Source: Chrysomallon squamiferum | Lineage: Eukaryota > Animalia > Mollusca | Length of the DNA: 64,000 nucleotides | Assembly: GCA_012295275.1 (NCBI GenBank) | Contig: CM022665.1 | Coordinates: forward strand, 12,772,001-12,836,000 | Direction: 5' to 3' | Shown here: positions 1 through 22,356 of the stretch, piece after piece | Position numbering within the stretch: the first letter of the stretch is position 1 | Layout of the letters: each line of letters opens with the position of its first letter | Translations under genes and position numbers: made by a program | Notes under the pieces: generated by a model | Seen by the model: only the letters and a program-made list of their open reading frames with translations | Told to the model about the DNA's origin: nothing | Databases searched by the model: none

Positions 1-55
1 TACAGTCTTGCTCAATAAATCTCAGAATTAAAGTAAATATGAAGAAGTCTGTGCA

Positions 56-122
56 TTATGTTGCTACATTCATCTGTGATAGCATATAAATTAAAGCAAT
101 CACAAGGCAAATATAACATCAA
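56..122 (-). ncRNA. pre-miRNA, miR-2/K-box seed family; predicted 3p UAUCACAGAUGAAUGUAGCAAC (81->60)
   Basis: Plus-strand TGTGATAGC (75-83) pairs with GCAATCACA (96-104); lower stem ATGTT/AACAT; seed AUCACAG. Confidence 0.65.
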
Positions 123-180
123 AATACATGTAATACTATTAATTTCTCTAAAAAAAATCATATATCTTCTTGTACATTTT

Positions 181-261
181 TGTTGTGCTTTCCCTAGTAT
201 CAGAAAGTGCTAGGTATAAAATCATTTCCAAGCACAAAGTGATGCCAGAGAAAGTAGAACA
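181..261 (-). ncRNA. pre-miRNA, UAGCACUU family; predicted 3p UAGCACUUUCUGAUACUAGGGA (212->191)
   Basis: Arm TGCTTTCCCTAGTATCAGAAAGTGCT pairs with AGCACAAAGTGATGCCAGAGAAAGTA. Confidence 0.7.
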
Positions 262-313
262 TTTGTTAAGCTGAAATATATAATTGTAATAACTATATTC
301 AAGATGTAAGGAA

Positions 314-389
314 GGTTGCTTACCCTAGCATCAGTAAGTGCTAAATATAATTTAGTTTCAGCAAAAACGGATACCAGAGAAAGAAAACT
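314..389 (-). ncRNA. pre-miRNA, UAGCACUU family; predicted 3p UAGCACUUACUGAUGCUAGGGU (343->322)
   Basis: Paralogue of the 181-261 hairpin with a weaker stem. Confidence 0.6.
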
Positions 390-580
390 CAGTATCTTTA
401 ATGAATCCTAGACTTGAGATCTGAAAAAAAAAAAAAAAATCCACAAATGTTTCTAAATTAATAAATAAAAATAGGTGATCCTTTCAGTGTAACATTATCA
501 CTTACATTTTGATACTTTGTAAATTATATACCAGTATTCATATTTTAACCAAACATTCTCTGTAAAGTTTGAACAGAAAC

Positions 581-646
581 ATACCCTTACTATATTTCCG
601 TCCAGTTCTTTAACACAGACAGGATGGGTATATAGTAAAGGAATAT
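581..646 (-). ncRNA. mir-184: pre-miRNA, diverged miR-184 paralogue; predicted 3p UGGACGGAAAUAUAGUAAGGGU (604->583)
   Basis: Strong stem CCTTACTATAT-TTCCGTCC / GGATGGG-TATATAGTAAAGG. The mature arm shares 5' UGGACGGA and 3' UAAGGG with canonical miR-184 (UGGACGGAGAACUGAUAAGGG). Confidence 0.8.
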
Positions 647-799
647 AAATGTGTTGGGATGAATCATTTATAACTGTTTCAGGTAATTCTGTACTGCCTA
701 CTTATACCTATTATAATTACTGAAAATATTACTGGGTAATATTCTTGAACTTACCTGAGTGCCTGGATATATATTTGTTTCTATGCTTATTGTACTCCA

Positions 800-866
800 G
801 ACCTTGCATTGATCTGTGATTGCTTGAGATTAACATTATGCAATCACAAGAAAAATACAATGTTAG
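800..866 (-). ncRNA. pre-miRNA, miR-2/K-box seed family; predicted 3p AAUCACAGAUCAAUGCAAGGUC (821->800)
   Basis: TGTGATTGC (815-823) / GCAATCACA (840-848) form a perfect 9 bp stem; CATTG/CAATG lower stem. Confidence 0.65.
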
Positions 867-1101
867 AATTCAAATTAATCAAACTAGTTCAAAAAGTTGC
901 ATATCATGACCAGCACCTCCTTTCTGTTTTTAAATAATCCTTTAAGATTTTAAGCAAATTAATATCTTGTCTCTATGAATGCCTGAACTAGTGGTAAGAC
1001 ACCTCTTCCCTTTCTAAGTAATCAGTTGATTTTCACTGATTTTGCTCATTCATATTTTTATTAGTCTTTAAAATATCTTTATTGAAAAGTCGTTAGAAGG
1101 T

Positions 1102-1181
1102 TTTTCATCTCGTGTCACATATAGCTGTGATAACTTTATATAAATTGTCATCACAAGCTAGATGTGAGCAGAGATGATAAA
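1102..1181 (-). ncRNA. pre-miRNA, miR-2-like; predicted 3p UAUCACAGCUAUAUGUGACACG (1132->1111)
   Basis: Long stem TCATCTC..TCACAT.TAGCTGTGAT / ATCACAAGCTA.ATGTGA..GAGATGA. The first 9 nt (UAUCACAGC) match miR-2/miR-13. Confidence 0.8.
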
Positions 1182-1236
1182 AATAAATTAGAACAAGAAT
1201 GTCAGCTATACAAAAATATGGTTAAATAAAGACATA

Positions 1237-1302
1237 TTTGGTATAGCATTAGAAAGTGCTAGCAGCAAAGATAAGCCAGCACATAACTAATGCTAGGCAA
1301 AA
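1237..1302 (-). ncRNA. pre-miRNA, UAGCACUU family; predicted 3p UAGCACUUUCUAAUGCUAUACC (1261->1240)
   Basis: TAGCATTAG..GTGCT pairs with AGCAC..CTAATGCTA. Confidence 0.7.
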
Positions 1303-1443
1303 GAAGCCATTTAAAATTTCATCATGAATTTTTTGTTAATCATAGCCTTTGTCAGTTGCTTGTGAATGTCTTTATTCTTGGAAGAATATACTATTTTATC
1401 ATAAGGTTTAATCATTCTGAATGTAACAAATATGAATGCCAGA

Positions 1444-1513
1444 TATCAGGTATTGCAGGTTTCTGTGATAGCTATTAACATCTGCAGTCACAAGAAAGAT
1501 ACAATGGCTGATA
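1444..1513 (-). ncRNA. pre-miRNA, miR-2/K-box seed family; predicted 3p UAUCACAGAAACCUGCAAUACC (1470->1449)
   Basis: TATCAG.TATTG..TTTCTGTGA pairs with TCACAAGAAA..CAATG.CTGATA. Confidence 0.7.
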
Positions 1514-1738
1514 AATGAAATTTTTCATTAATAGTAAGATCCATCGTGTATTTAGGATATACAAGTACCTCTTCATAATACTATCAATATTGTATTTGGT
1601 AAGAACATTTTTAGTTTATTTAGGATAAAGAAGTCCCTACGATAATATTATTTGCATTCTCTTTATTAAGAATTTTCATAGACTACTAGTCCCTACCAAA
1701 ATGATATCAGTAAGTTGATAAATCTGATGAAGACTATA

Positions 1739-1811
1739 ACCCAGTACCCCAGCATCTGAAAGTGCTAGTATCCTAATATAACAAGCACAAACAGATACTG
1801 TGGAACAGAGT
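1739..1811 (-). ncRNA. pre-miRNA, UAGCACUU family; predicted 3p UAGCACUUUCAGAUGCUGGGGU (1767->1746)
   Basis: CCAGCATCTG..GTGCT pairs with AGCAC..CAGATACTGTGG. Confidence 0.7.
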
Positions 1812-1952
1812 AATAATTGTGATACCAGTTCCCTTGATTATAGATCTCAAATTCTATTACACTATTTTACAGTGTCTTTGTCTTTATTTGTCTTTGTGGG
1901 TGATATACTGTTTAGTATTAATATCTAGCATACAAATATAGAGTAGTGGTAA

Positions 1953-2028
1953 TTCTTCTCATTCCCAGGATACCACTGTGATACTAACTATATGTGCAGT
2001 ATTACAAGTAGTATCTTAGGTACAAGAA
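1953..2028 (-). ncRNA. pre-miRNA, miR-2/K-box seed family; predicted 3p UAUCACAGUGGUAUCCUGGGAA (1983->1962)
   Basis: CCAGGATACCACTGTGATACT pairs with AGTATTACAAGTAGTATCTTAGG. Confidence 0.75.
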
Positions 2029-2109
2029 AAATCAGTTCTACAGTATATAATAAATTGGAGTATATGAAATAAAATGTTAAAATTTTATATTATTAGTATG
2101 TGGGAGTAG

Positions 2110-2197
2110 TTTCTTTGGCCAGCCCCAGGATTAAACTGTGATTGTTTGTTAGTATATTGACATTCACAAGTAGAATCACAGGACAAGATGAAGAAAT
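2110..2197 (-). ncRNA. pre-miRNA, miR-2/K-box seed family; predicted 3p AAUCACAGUUUAAUCCUGGGGC (2143->2122)
   Basis: CCAGGATTAAACTGTGATTGT pairs with ACATTCACAAGTAGAATCACAGG; basal TTTCTT/AAGAAA; close paralogue of 1953-2028. Confidence 0.7.
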
Positions 2198-2895
2198 ATT
2201 AACAAACTTTTATATAGATTTAACATATATATATATTGCAGTCAGAATAATAAATTAATATTTACTACTACATGAATGATACCAAAATGTGAAAAAAAAA
2301 AAAAATAGAATAGAATAGAAAAAAAAAAAAAAATAATAATAATAATAATAGTAACTGTCAGATATATAAATTAGAAATTTAATAAATCACTGTCACAAAT
2401 GAATTTCTAAAAAGCTGTATAACCAGAAAAGCTAATTTGTGTAAAACTCAAAATCACTACCTTCACTGTGGCTTGTCAAGCTTCAACTAAAAACTATTTC
2501 CAAAACTTCTACAAGTTACTCTAAGGTAAAGCTAATGATGACACCAGTCTCCCAATAAACAAAAACACCCAACCACAGAGCTCTTCAATAAGCAAATGAG
2601 AAATACCTCTTCTTTTGCCAATACCCTATTTATGAGAGGTGTTAAGTGGGTCTAGTGGGTGACTGGGTGGCTGGGGAAGAATCCCAGATGCCAGGAAATA
2701 GTGAAAAAAGCTTTGATGTTTATTGACTTGGATAATATCCTTGTGGGTTTTGAATTTTGTATTGTTCAGAAATTGGTTCATAGTGTTCTGATAATAAAAT
2801 TAATTTAGATTATGATCTAACATAATAGTGCTAAATTGAAAATGAAAATGGTTTTAAACATTTTTCATAATGTACCTAAATAACTGAAAGTTATA

Positions 2896-2930
<35 letters not shown>

Positions 2931-3989
2931 AGTATTTTCAGAATAAATATATTCTTTATAACTTTATAAAAATTTTAATTTATATCAAATACTAACTAAT
3001 TTTGCAGTACAAGAATAATACAAATATAAAAACTTTTTAACTTACAAAACAGGAAAATCTTGTGTATCCATCTACCAAGTTCTTCTTTCAGCTCCAGAAT
3101 GAAGTCTGTATTCTGTTTAACTTTGTCAGAGATATATATACCCTCTCACAAGAATCAAAAATATCTACTCAGAATCATTTTTATCAAAAGTAACTCTTCT
3201 GAAGCAACTTTCCACTCAATGTCAACTCCATCTCCTTGGACTGTTTCTCAAAAGATGCTTTCTCTTCTTGTGAACTTTCTGCTTTCAATTTTTAGTTGAC
3301 TCTGTAGTAACAGCTCCTCTTTCTCCAACTTGTTCTTCTCAGCTTGGATGTCCTATCAGTTCTACTCCTCAGTTGTGTCTTGCTGCCTTCTTATTTGCTG
3401 AGGTTTTTTTTGTTTAAGGATTTGTTGACAAACTTACCAATTAACTGTAACAGCACTAGTTGTTTAGACAATAGCATCCCACAGAGTGGACTCTCTAAGG
3501 TGTAAGGAGGTTTTACTTTTGTTTGTTTGGATTAGGATTAAGAAGAAAAAAAATAATATTGGATTAGAGGAGATATTCTGAGTAGGGAATTTTTTGGTAT
3601 ATGGATGAATTGGAGATTTAAAAACAAAAAACTAAATTTTCTTAATATCATCTTTGTTTTTAGATGTAAAATTAATTAAAAATGGAATAAAAATGAAGTA
3701 TTTATAAATAATAGTTTTTGACATTAATATATATATATTCAAAATATTAAACTGTTTTGAAGATAAAAAATAACAATTACCATAATTATTTTAATTTTTA
3801 TTATTCACAAATAAATTCTTTTCACACTGTTTCAGTTGTGCTGTTAAAAAGATTTATTCTCAGTTATATTTTTAAAATGAACAATAGGTAAATAATATTT
3901 TATTGTAAATTAATTTTTTATATATATATTTTTTAATAAACACATTTAAAAATATAAAATTTTGAACTAAGTTAATTAATTGCCCAAAT

Positions 3990-6900
3990 ATTTGATTGTT
4001 TATTGTATATTGTTAATTATTGTAAAACAATAGTGTTTATCATTGTATGTCACACTTGGTGTCAGATTAGCAGTTAATCCAAATTAATCCACACTTCTGC
4101 TGATCATCCTACACTGTACTGTGCAAAGAAGCCATCTTAAAACAGCTATAATTAACAGTTTGATATTCACACATACTGTCAGCAAATTCTATCTACAGTT
4201 TAAGAAGGAAAAAAGAATTATCTTAAAGTAATAAAAGAAATTTTATTTTACATTTGAAATTTGTTTTTTAAAAATATAATTATCTAGAAATTTAATGCTG
4301 TTGATGACATTATCGAATACATTTTTATTAAATTTGTTTATTTCTAAACTTTATACTGTTTTAATATATTTTGTAACTAGCCTTTAAATTATTTTTTTTA
4401 ATAATAATACAAAGTTTAATTTGTTTTAGCTGCAAATAAATAATACATTATTAATTTTTTTTACATATATTTGTGTGTATGTGTGTGCATGCATGTATGT
4501 GTGTGCATGCATCTATGTTTGTGAATGTGTGTGAATGTGAGTAACTTAATGAGTGAAATTTGATAATATAATATATCATCTTATATGCATTCAAACATTT
4601 CATTATATTTGTTATATAGTTTTTTCTTTTCAGTTGGGTGTAATACTAATATTTATTTTTATGTATTTATTTGAGAAAAAAAATTTAAGAAACAAATATT
4701 CATATAAATTAATTTCCAAGGATGTCAAGCACGTTTTCATTATTTTTGAAATTAAAACAACTACATCAACACATTTTTAAAAAATATTTTCTTTCTCCAG
4801 TTACTGAATACTTCATAAACTGAAAGTAATAAGATAACAGAAGTTTAAATTTGTTATTTAATACTGCTTTTACTAGCTGTCTGGGATAGCTGCCATATTG
4901 GTTTTCTGTCAGCAATGTTGTCTGTCAGAAGATTCTTATAAACACAAACACCTTCAGAATGTTTAGTAAACAAACATTTGACATTAACAAGGATGATATA
5001 TATTTCAAAACAACACCTTTATTAATTTATTGGGTAAATGTTTAATTATTTTTGTGTTTCTTATGTGATATATGAATTTTACTCATTTTATTTATTATTA
5101 TTATCATTGAAATTATTGTTCTTTTTCATCTTCATCTTCATAACCATCATCATCATCATCATCTTCTTCTTCTTATTATTATTATTATTATTGTTTAAAA
5201 ATTTTATAATGCGAAATAATCATTTTAATATATTTTGTTGCATTTTATTTATGTTTTGATAAAATTATTTTCTGAAAAATCTTACAATAATAAAAAAGTA
5301 AATGAACTGAATTAAAGAAATAACTTGTTTTAAAAAAAATTTCAACTGAAAATTGTTATTCTTGTAGTTCAGAAAATATTTACACATTAATTTATTTTAG
5401 AATTTCTATATATAAATATAAAACTGAATGAAAGAAAGTATTAAAATAATATTTGATTTTTTTCTCTGTTAATTTAATAAAATAAAAAGATATTTCAAAT
5501 ATTTTACTGATTTGGAAAATAAAAATAGTTATAATTTAGTTTTATTAATTTAAACAAATTTCATTACTTCACATTTTATGTTTAATATATATATTTGTAA
5601 ATAATATTTCTGAAATGTGTTAAAGATGCATTTTTATTCCTGTCTTATTAAAATAAAAAATAGTGTTTCATATTTAAATTGAAAAATAGTGTAAAAAATT
5701 ATATATTTAATTATTTATTTATTTTTTTTCTTTCTTTCTTTCTTTCTTTCTTTTAAAGATGTTTTCAGTTTGACATATATTACAAATATAAGATATACAA
5801 TATAACAAAACTAAATAAATTTGTCAGTTAATTGATTGTTTATTTGTTTACTGTTAATTATTGTAAAACAATAGTATTTATCACTGAATGCCACACTTGG
5901 TGTCAGATTAGCACTAATCCAATTAATCCACACTTCTGCTAATCATACCACACTGTTCTGTGCAAGGAAGCCATCTTAAAACAACTATAATTAACATACA
6001 TTTGATATTCATACATACTCAGGGTAAAAAAAATTGTTCAGTTTATGAAGAAAAGAAATAAAAAATAAAATAAAATTAGTTAAAGACAAAAATAAATCCA
6101 TGAAATTAATTAATGCAGTACCTAAAAAACAAAAACAAAAAAAACACAGAAAAACAAAAACATTAATGCCATAAGGTAATAATTAATTAACAGTTATATA
6201 AATATATAAAACTGCAACAACAACAAAATACCAAATTTCAATTTTAAAATTATTTGCAGTTTTTATGAAATTTTATATCATTATTAATATTATTTTGTAA
6301 AATTATTTTTTTCAAAATTTTAAAGTTTAAAATGTTATGTATTTCTTTTGTAATTTTGTTAATAAAAACAATAATTAAAACTATTGTAACAAATATTTAC
6401 TATATTAAAACTAATTTAGTAATATTTTATGACCTGGTTAATATATGTGTGTTTAAATGTATGAATGTGTTTATTGTGTGGCTTAACAACTTTAAAAACA
6501 ATTTTTTTTTTTTAAAGAATTATATTTGATTTATTTATTTGAAATGTTAAAAATAAAAATTTAGTTGGTTGCTTCCAATTTTAAAAATAATTTTTTTTTC
6601 ATAAAAAATATATTAAAAATGTTTTCAACCCTTTAAATTCAAAAATATATTAAAATACTTTCTTCAGATTTCCCTTTAATTAAGAAGTTCCTAAATGGAA
6701 ATACTTCATTAAAATTAGAAATGTAATATTTGCATTTATTTTTCAATTAATAATACTTCTATTAGCTGTCTGGAACACCAGCCATTTTAGACTTATGTCA
6801 TTAGTCAGAGTCAGCCATATTGTCTCTCTGAAGATTCTTATGAAAACAAACCCTTTCATAGCAAAACAGATTAGCAGAAATATTTTAGATTAGCAAAGAT

Positions 6901-7810
6901 AAATAAAACCTGTGAGTATTTGTGTTTTAGGATAACTGTATTAATTTGTTTGGATAAATCTGTTTTGTTTTATTTTCATGCAGTTGGTGGATTTTATCAT
7001 TTTATTAAAGTGTAATTACTTTATATCTCTCTCTCTCTTTTCCTGTCTTTCTCTTTCTGTGTATTTTTTAAAAGCATATATTTATAATGCAAGTAAAAAA
7101 AATTATACGTCCAAGTTACAATTTCAGGATAGGTTTGTTTTTCTTTTGTTTTAAATAATTATATTCCAAAATACTTGATCAATAAGTGATTTATTTGGAT
7201 AATTATCATTAATTACATACAAAACAGCATGATATATTCTAATATTTTACACTTGGTGTCATATTTAAGTTAATGAATTTATAAGATTAGAAACCCTGTT
7301 GTGAAGACATACAGTCCTTTTACAATTAAGTCACATTCAATTTCAGTTTGAAAACAAAATTAACTAATTTTAAATAGTGTCAGTATTATAAGATGATACA
7401 AATTTTCAAAGCAGTTTTATTCTTATTATTTTAAATAATATATGAATTTAAAAAATATATATATATATATTAAATAATAAAATAGTTTAATTTTGTATAG
7501 TTATATGAGTATCACTGAATATTATTGGGGTTTTTCAGTTTATATATTGCTTTCTTTTAGTTGTTTTTTTTAGTTTAGAAACATTTAATTATTAATATAA
7601 AGGCAACAATTTAAAAAAATTATTTATTTATTTATTCTTCAAATTATTATAATTAATTACTAATATAATGTAATTAAGCTGTGCTATAACAACAAAGGAC
7701 TCCTTGTCAGTGTTTTTTCTAAGCTGTTTGAATTAGCAGCCATTTTGAAGGCTTATGTCACCAGCTTCCAGAGGCCATATTGTCTCATGAAGTAGTTTTC
7801 AAACATAAAT
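3990..7810 (-). promoter_or_regulatory. Duplicated conserved non-coding modules: A at ~3990-4175 and ~5830-6015 (remnant ~7250), B at ~4860-4950, ~6750-6850 and ~7720-7810; candidate promoters/enhancers
   Basis: Near-identical A copies contain CACTTGGTGTCAGATTAGCA and tandem TAATCC. Seven GCCATNTT (YY1-type) motifs at 4131, 4892, 5970, 6781, 6814, 7739 and 7774 all share one orientation. The duplication is seen directly; the function is inferred. Confidence 0.5.
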
Positions 7811-7904
7811 ACTTTGAAAAGGACAAAAGAAAATGTGCAGTGATTTAAACAGAGATGTTGTAAAATAATTAAGAGATGGTGTGAAGTATTTTACTCTGAT
7901 TTGG

Positions 7905-8650
7905 ATTTAAAGTAAAACTCATCCCATTTGGCTCTGGTTAGATAAATATATGAGGTTTATAACAGACATTTTTATTCATCTTTAGATTACTAAATGTGGC
8001 TTTTCATTCCTCTGTTGTTATTTCAAAGCTTCTTTTTAAAGTAAAATTCATCCTATTTGGCTCTGGTTAGACAGATGCACTTATATTTTTAACAGACATT
8101 TTTGGTATTGTTTTTTTAAAGTGTTTTTGTTTTAAAGCTCTCTAAAAATATTTGAAGTTTGAAATAAAAACAGGTCTGGTTGTTCTTGGCTTTGCTTAAA
8201 CAAATGTATTTATGTTTATAGTAGACCTTTTAAATATTATCTTGCATATAGTAAGTATTTTTATTTAAATTCTTTATCAATAATCTTTTGTTTTATTTTT
8301 GTCCTGAAATTAAAATACAATTACTCCATCTTGGCTCTATTTGGATAAATTTATTTGGGTTTATAAATATTTTCTTACTATCTTTTAGAATAAAATAAAA
8401 AACACAATAATTTAATTCCATTTTTTGTTTCTAATTTGAAATTAAAACAGCCTCTTCCTTTTTGGCAACACTTTATTTTAATAATTTTGATATTATCTTT
8501 TGGAGTGCAAAATAAAGTTAGGTGATTCCATGTTTTTGTTTCAAAACTGTAAATAAATACTTTTTGAATTTTATTAGAAATTAAAAGAGAACTAGTCTAT
8601 TTAGCTCATCTTAGATTTCTTAGAGTAATTACTTAACAAACATTTCATTA
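7905..8650. repeat. Degenerate tandem repeat, ~130-140 bp unit
   Basis: The core CATCCYATTTGGCTCTGGTTAGA..TAACAGACATTTTT recurs at ~7920 and ~8049, with decayed copies at ~8185, 8327, 8457 and 8597. Confidence 0.6.
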
Positions 8651-10253
8651 TCAGTTTTGTTCTAAGAACAAATTTTGGTTTTCTCTGAATTTTATTTTTA
8701 AAAATTTTTACAAAATGTTTCACTGAAATTTTATATTACTATTTTTTTCTTCTATTTTTAAAGAAATTTTAATTAGTTTATGTAAATAAATCATCTTGTG
8801 AAAGACAATGAATTTTGTTGTTTCTTATTTTTCATTTTGAAATTCTTTAATGTTTTTTTTTTCGTCAAAGTATAAATATTTTTTTTTATTAGTGTTATTT
8901 TTATTACCAGAACTAATGAAAAACACATTTAAGTCTAAATTGATTGCTATGGTTAGATAAATCTTTTCATAGTTGGATCAGAATGTTTAAGATAAAAAAG
9001 AAATGAAATATGGTATAAAACAATTTTTTTAGAAAACGTAAAATATATAAAATAAATAAAAAGATAACAGTAATCTGAATAATAATAATAATAATAATAA
9101 TAATTATTATTATTATTACAAAAAAAAAAAAAAAAAAAAAAAAAATACACTAATATGAAAAAACAAAATAAATAAAATATATATAAATAATATGGACAAT
9201 CTCCCATAAACCCTCAATAACTTTTCCTGCAGGGGAAAAAAAATAAAAATAATAATAAAAAAAAAGAATCATAAAAACCAAATCTTTTATACAATTACAA
9301 GTAATGACAATATCATTTAACACATACTACCATATGTGACAGTATATTGTGTATTCCACATTAAACATGTAGAGTTTTTTGTACTATAGGCCTATCAGGA
9401 AACAGCAGGAGTTTGCTACTGTTTTGACAATATCCACTCTTAAGTTCACTGATTTAGTTTCAGGAATTTGTCTTCTGTTTACATCTGACAATATCCACTG
9501 AATGATTTTTCATTTAACTTTGTATTGTTGAATACTAAACTGCTTTTATGGCAATACATATTAAATAATAAATATAAAATATAGTATTATCTTTTTTCCA
9601 AAGTTGGTAAGACAGTTTAGAGTAATTAATAATAATAACAATAATAATAATAATAATAAAAACATCAATAATAATAATTATTATTAAATTTATACCACTT
9701 GAATACATATTTAATGATAACTTATTGCTATTTTTTAATTTGTATTGAATGAACAAAAAATTATTGTTTTAATAACTGTGTTTTTCTCTTTCAGTCTGTC
9801 TTTGTGTATATATATGTGTACGAGTGTGTCTGTGTGTAATATAATGTAAGGATGAAATCTGCAAAAACTTTGTAATTTTGGTTACTCTTACTGACTTGCA
9901 GCAAAGATTTTGATTTTAATCATGCTTTCCCATTGACAGGACAATATTGTATTGCTTTCATCATGCCAGTCATTGAGCACTGGTTTAAATGGGAAATAGT
10001 ACTCTAGGTACACTAAGTGGGATTGAACTTCAAATAAATATTTTGCTATGGCTTTATAATTACTTTTATAATTTTAAAAGTTTATTGTCATCATCATCAT
10101 AATCATCATTATTACTATCATCATTATTACTTTACCTCAATGTAACACAGTTTATTAACTTCAGTATTTTTTTTTTTTTTTTTTTTTACACCTATTGATT
10201 TAGTTGATTAAATTTGGAGAGCAGTTTAAATTTTATGGATATTGTTATTCTAG

Positions 10254-22356
<12,103 letters not shown>

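Larger units (their letters stand above)
56..2197 (-). ncRNA. Polycistronic microRNA-like hairpin cluster (>=11 hairpins; may continue beyond the window edge), antisense within a KCP-like intron
   Basis: Repeated 60-90 nt imperfect inverted repeats. On the minus strand their 3' arms begin with invariant seeds (WAUCACAG x6, UAGCACUU x4, UGGACGGA x1), while the rest of each arm and the loops diverge. Confidence 0.85.

Noticed and set aside
1545-1715. Short repeats TATTTAGGATA..AAGT and AGTCCCTAC
   Set aside because: No clear hairpin partner; possibly decayed cluster members, but unsupported.
181-1811. AAAGTGCT as a miR-430/302/17-type seed
   Set aside because: On plus it lies at the loop-proximal 3' end of the 5' arm, not at seed position; it is the complement of UAGCACUU.
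1826-1900. bantam-like UGAGAUC on the minus strand (~1849)
   Set aside because: No convincing complementary arm found by eye.
56-2197. Reading the hairpins as plus-strand miRNAs co-transcribed with KCP (UCACAAG.. / AGCACA.. arms)
   Set aside because: Those arms vary within families, whereas the minus-strand arms give invariant seeds, two of them known (AUCACAG, GGACGGA). G-U pairing alone is mixed and does not decide the strand.
1-2200. CRISPR-like repeat-spacer array
   Set aside because: Eukaryotic DNA; the repeats are divergent hairpins with irregular spacing and there are no cas genes.
4058-4116. Hairpin in module A (GATTAGCAG/CTGCTGATC) as a pre-miRNA
   Set aside because: Short stem, and similarity between copies extends well beyond it over transcription-factor-like motifs; a DNA element seems more likely, though an RNA is not excluded.
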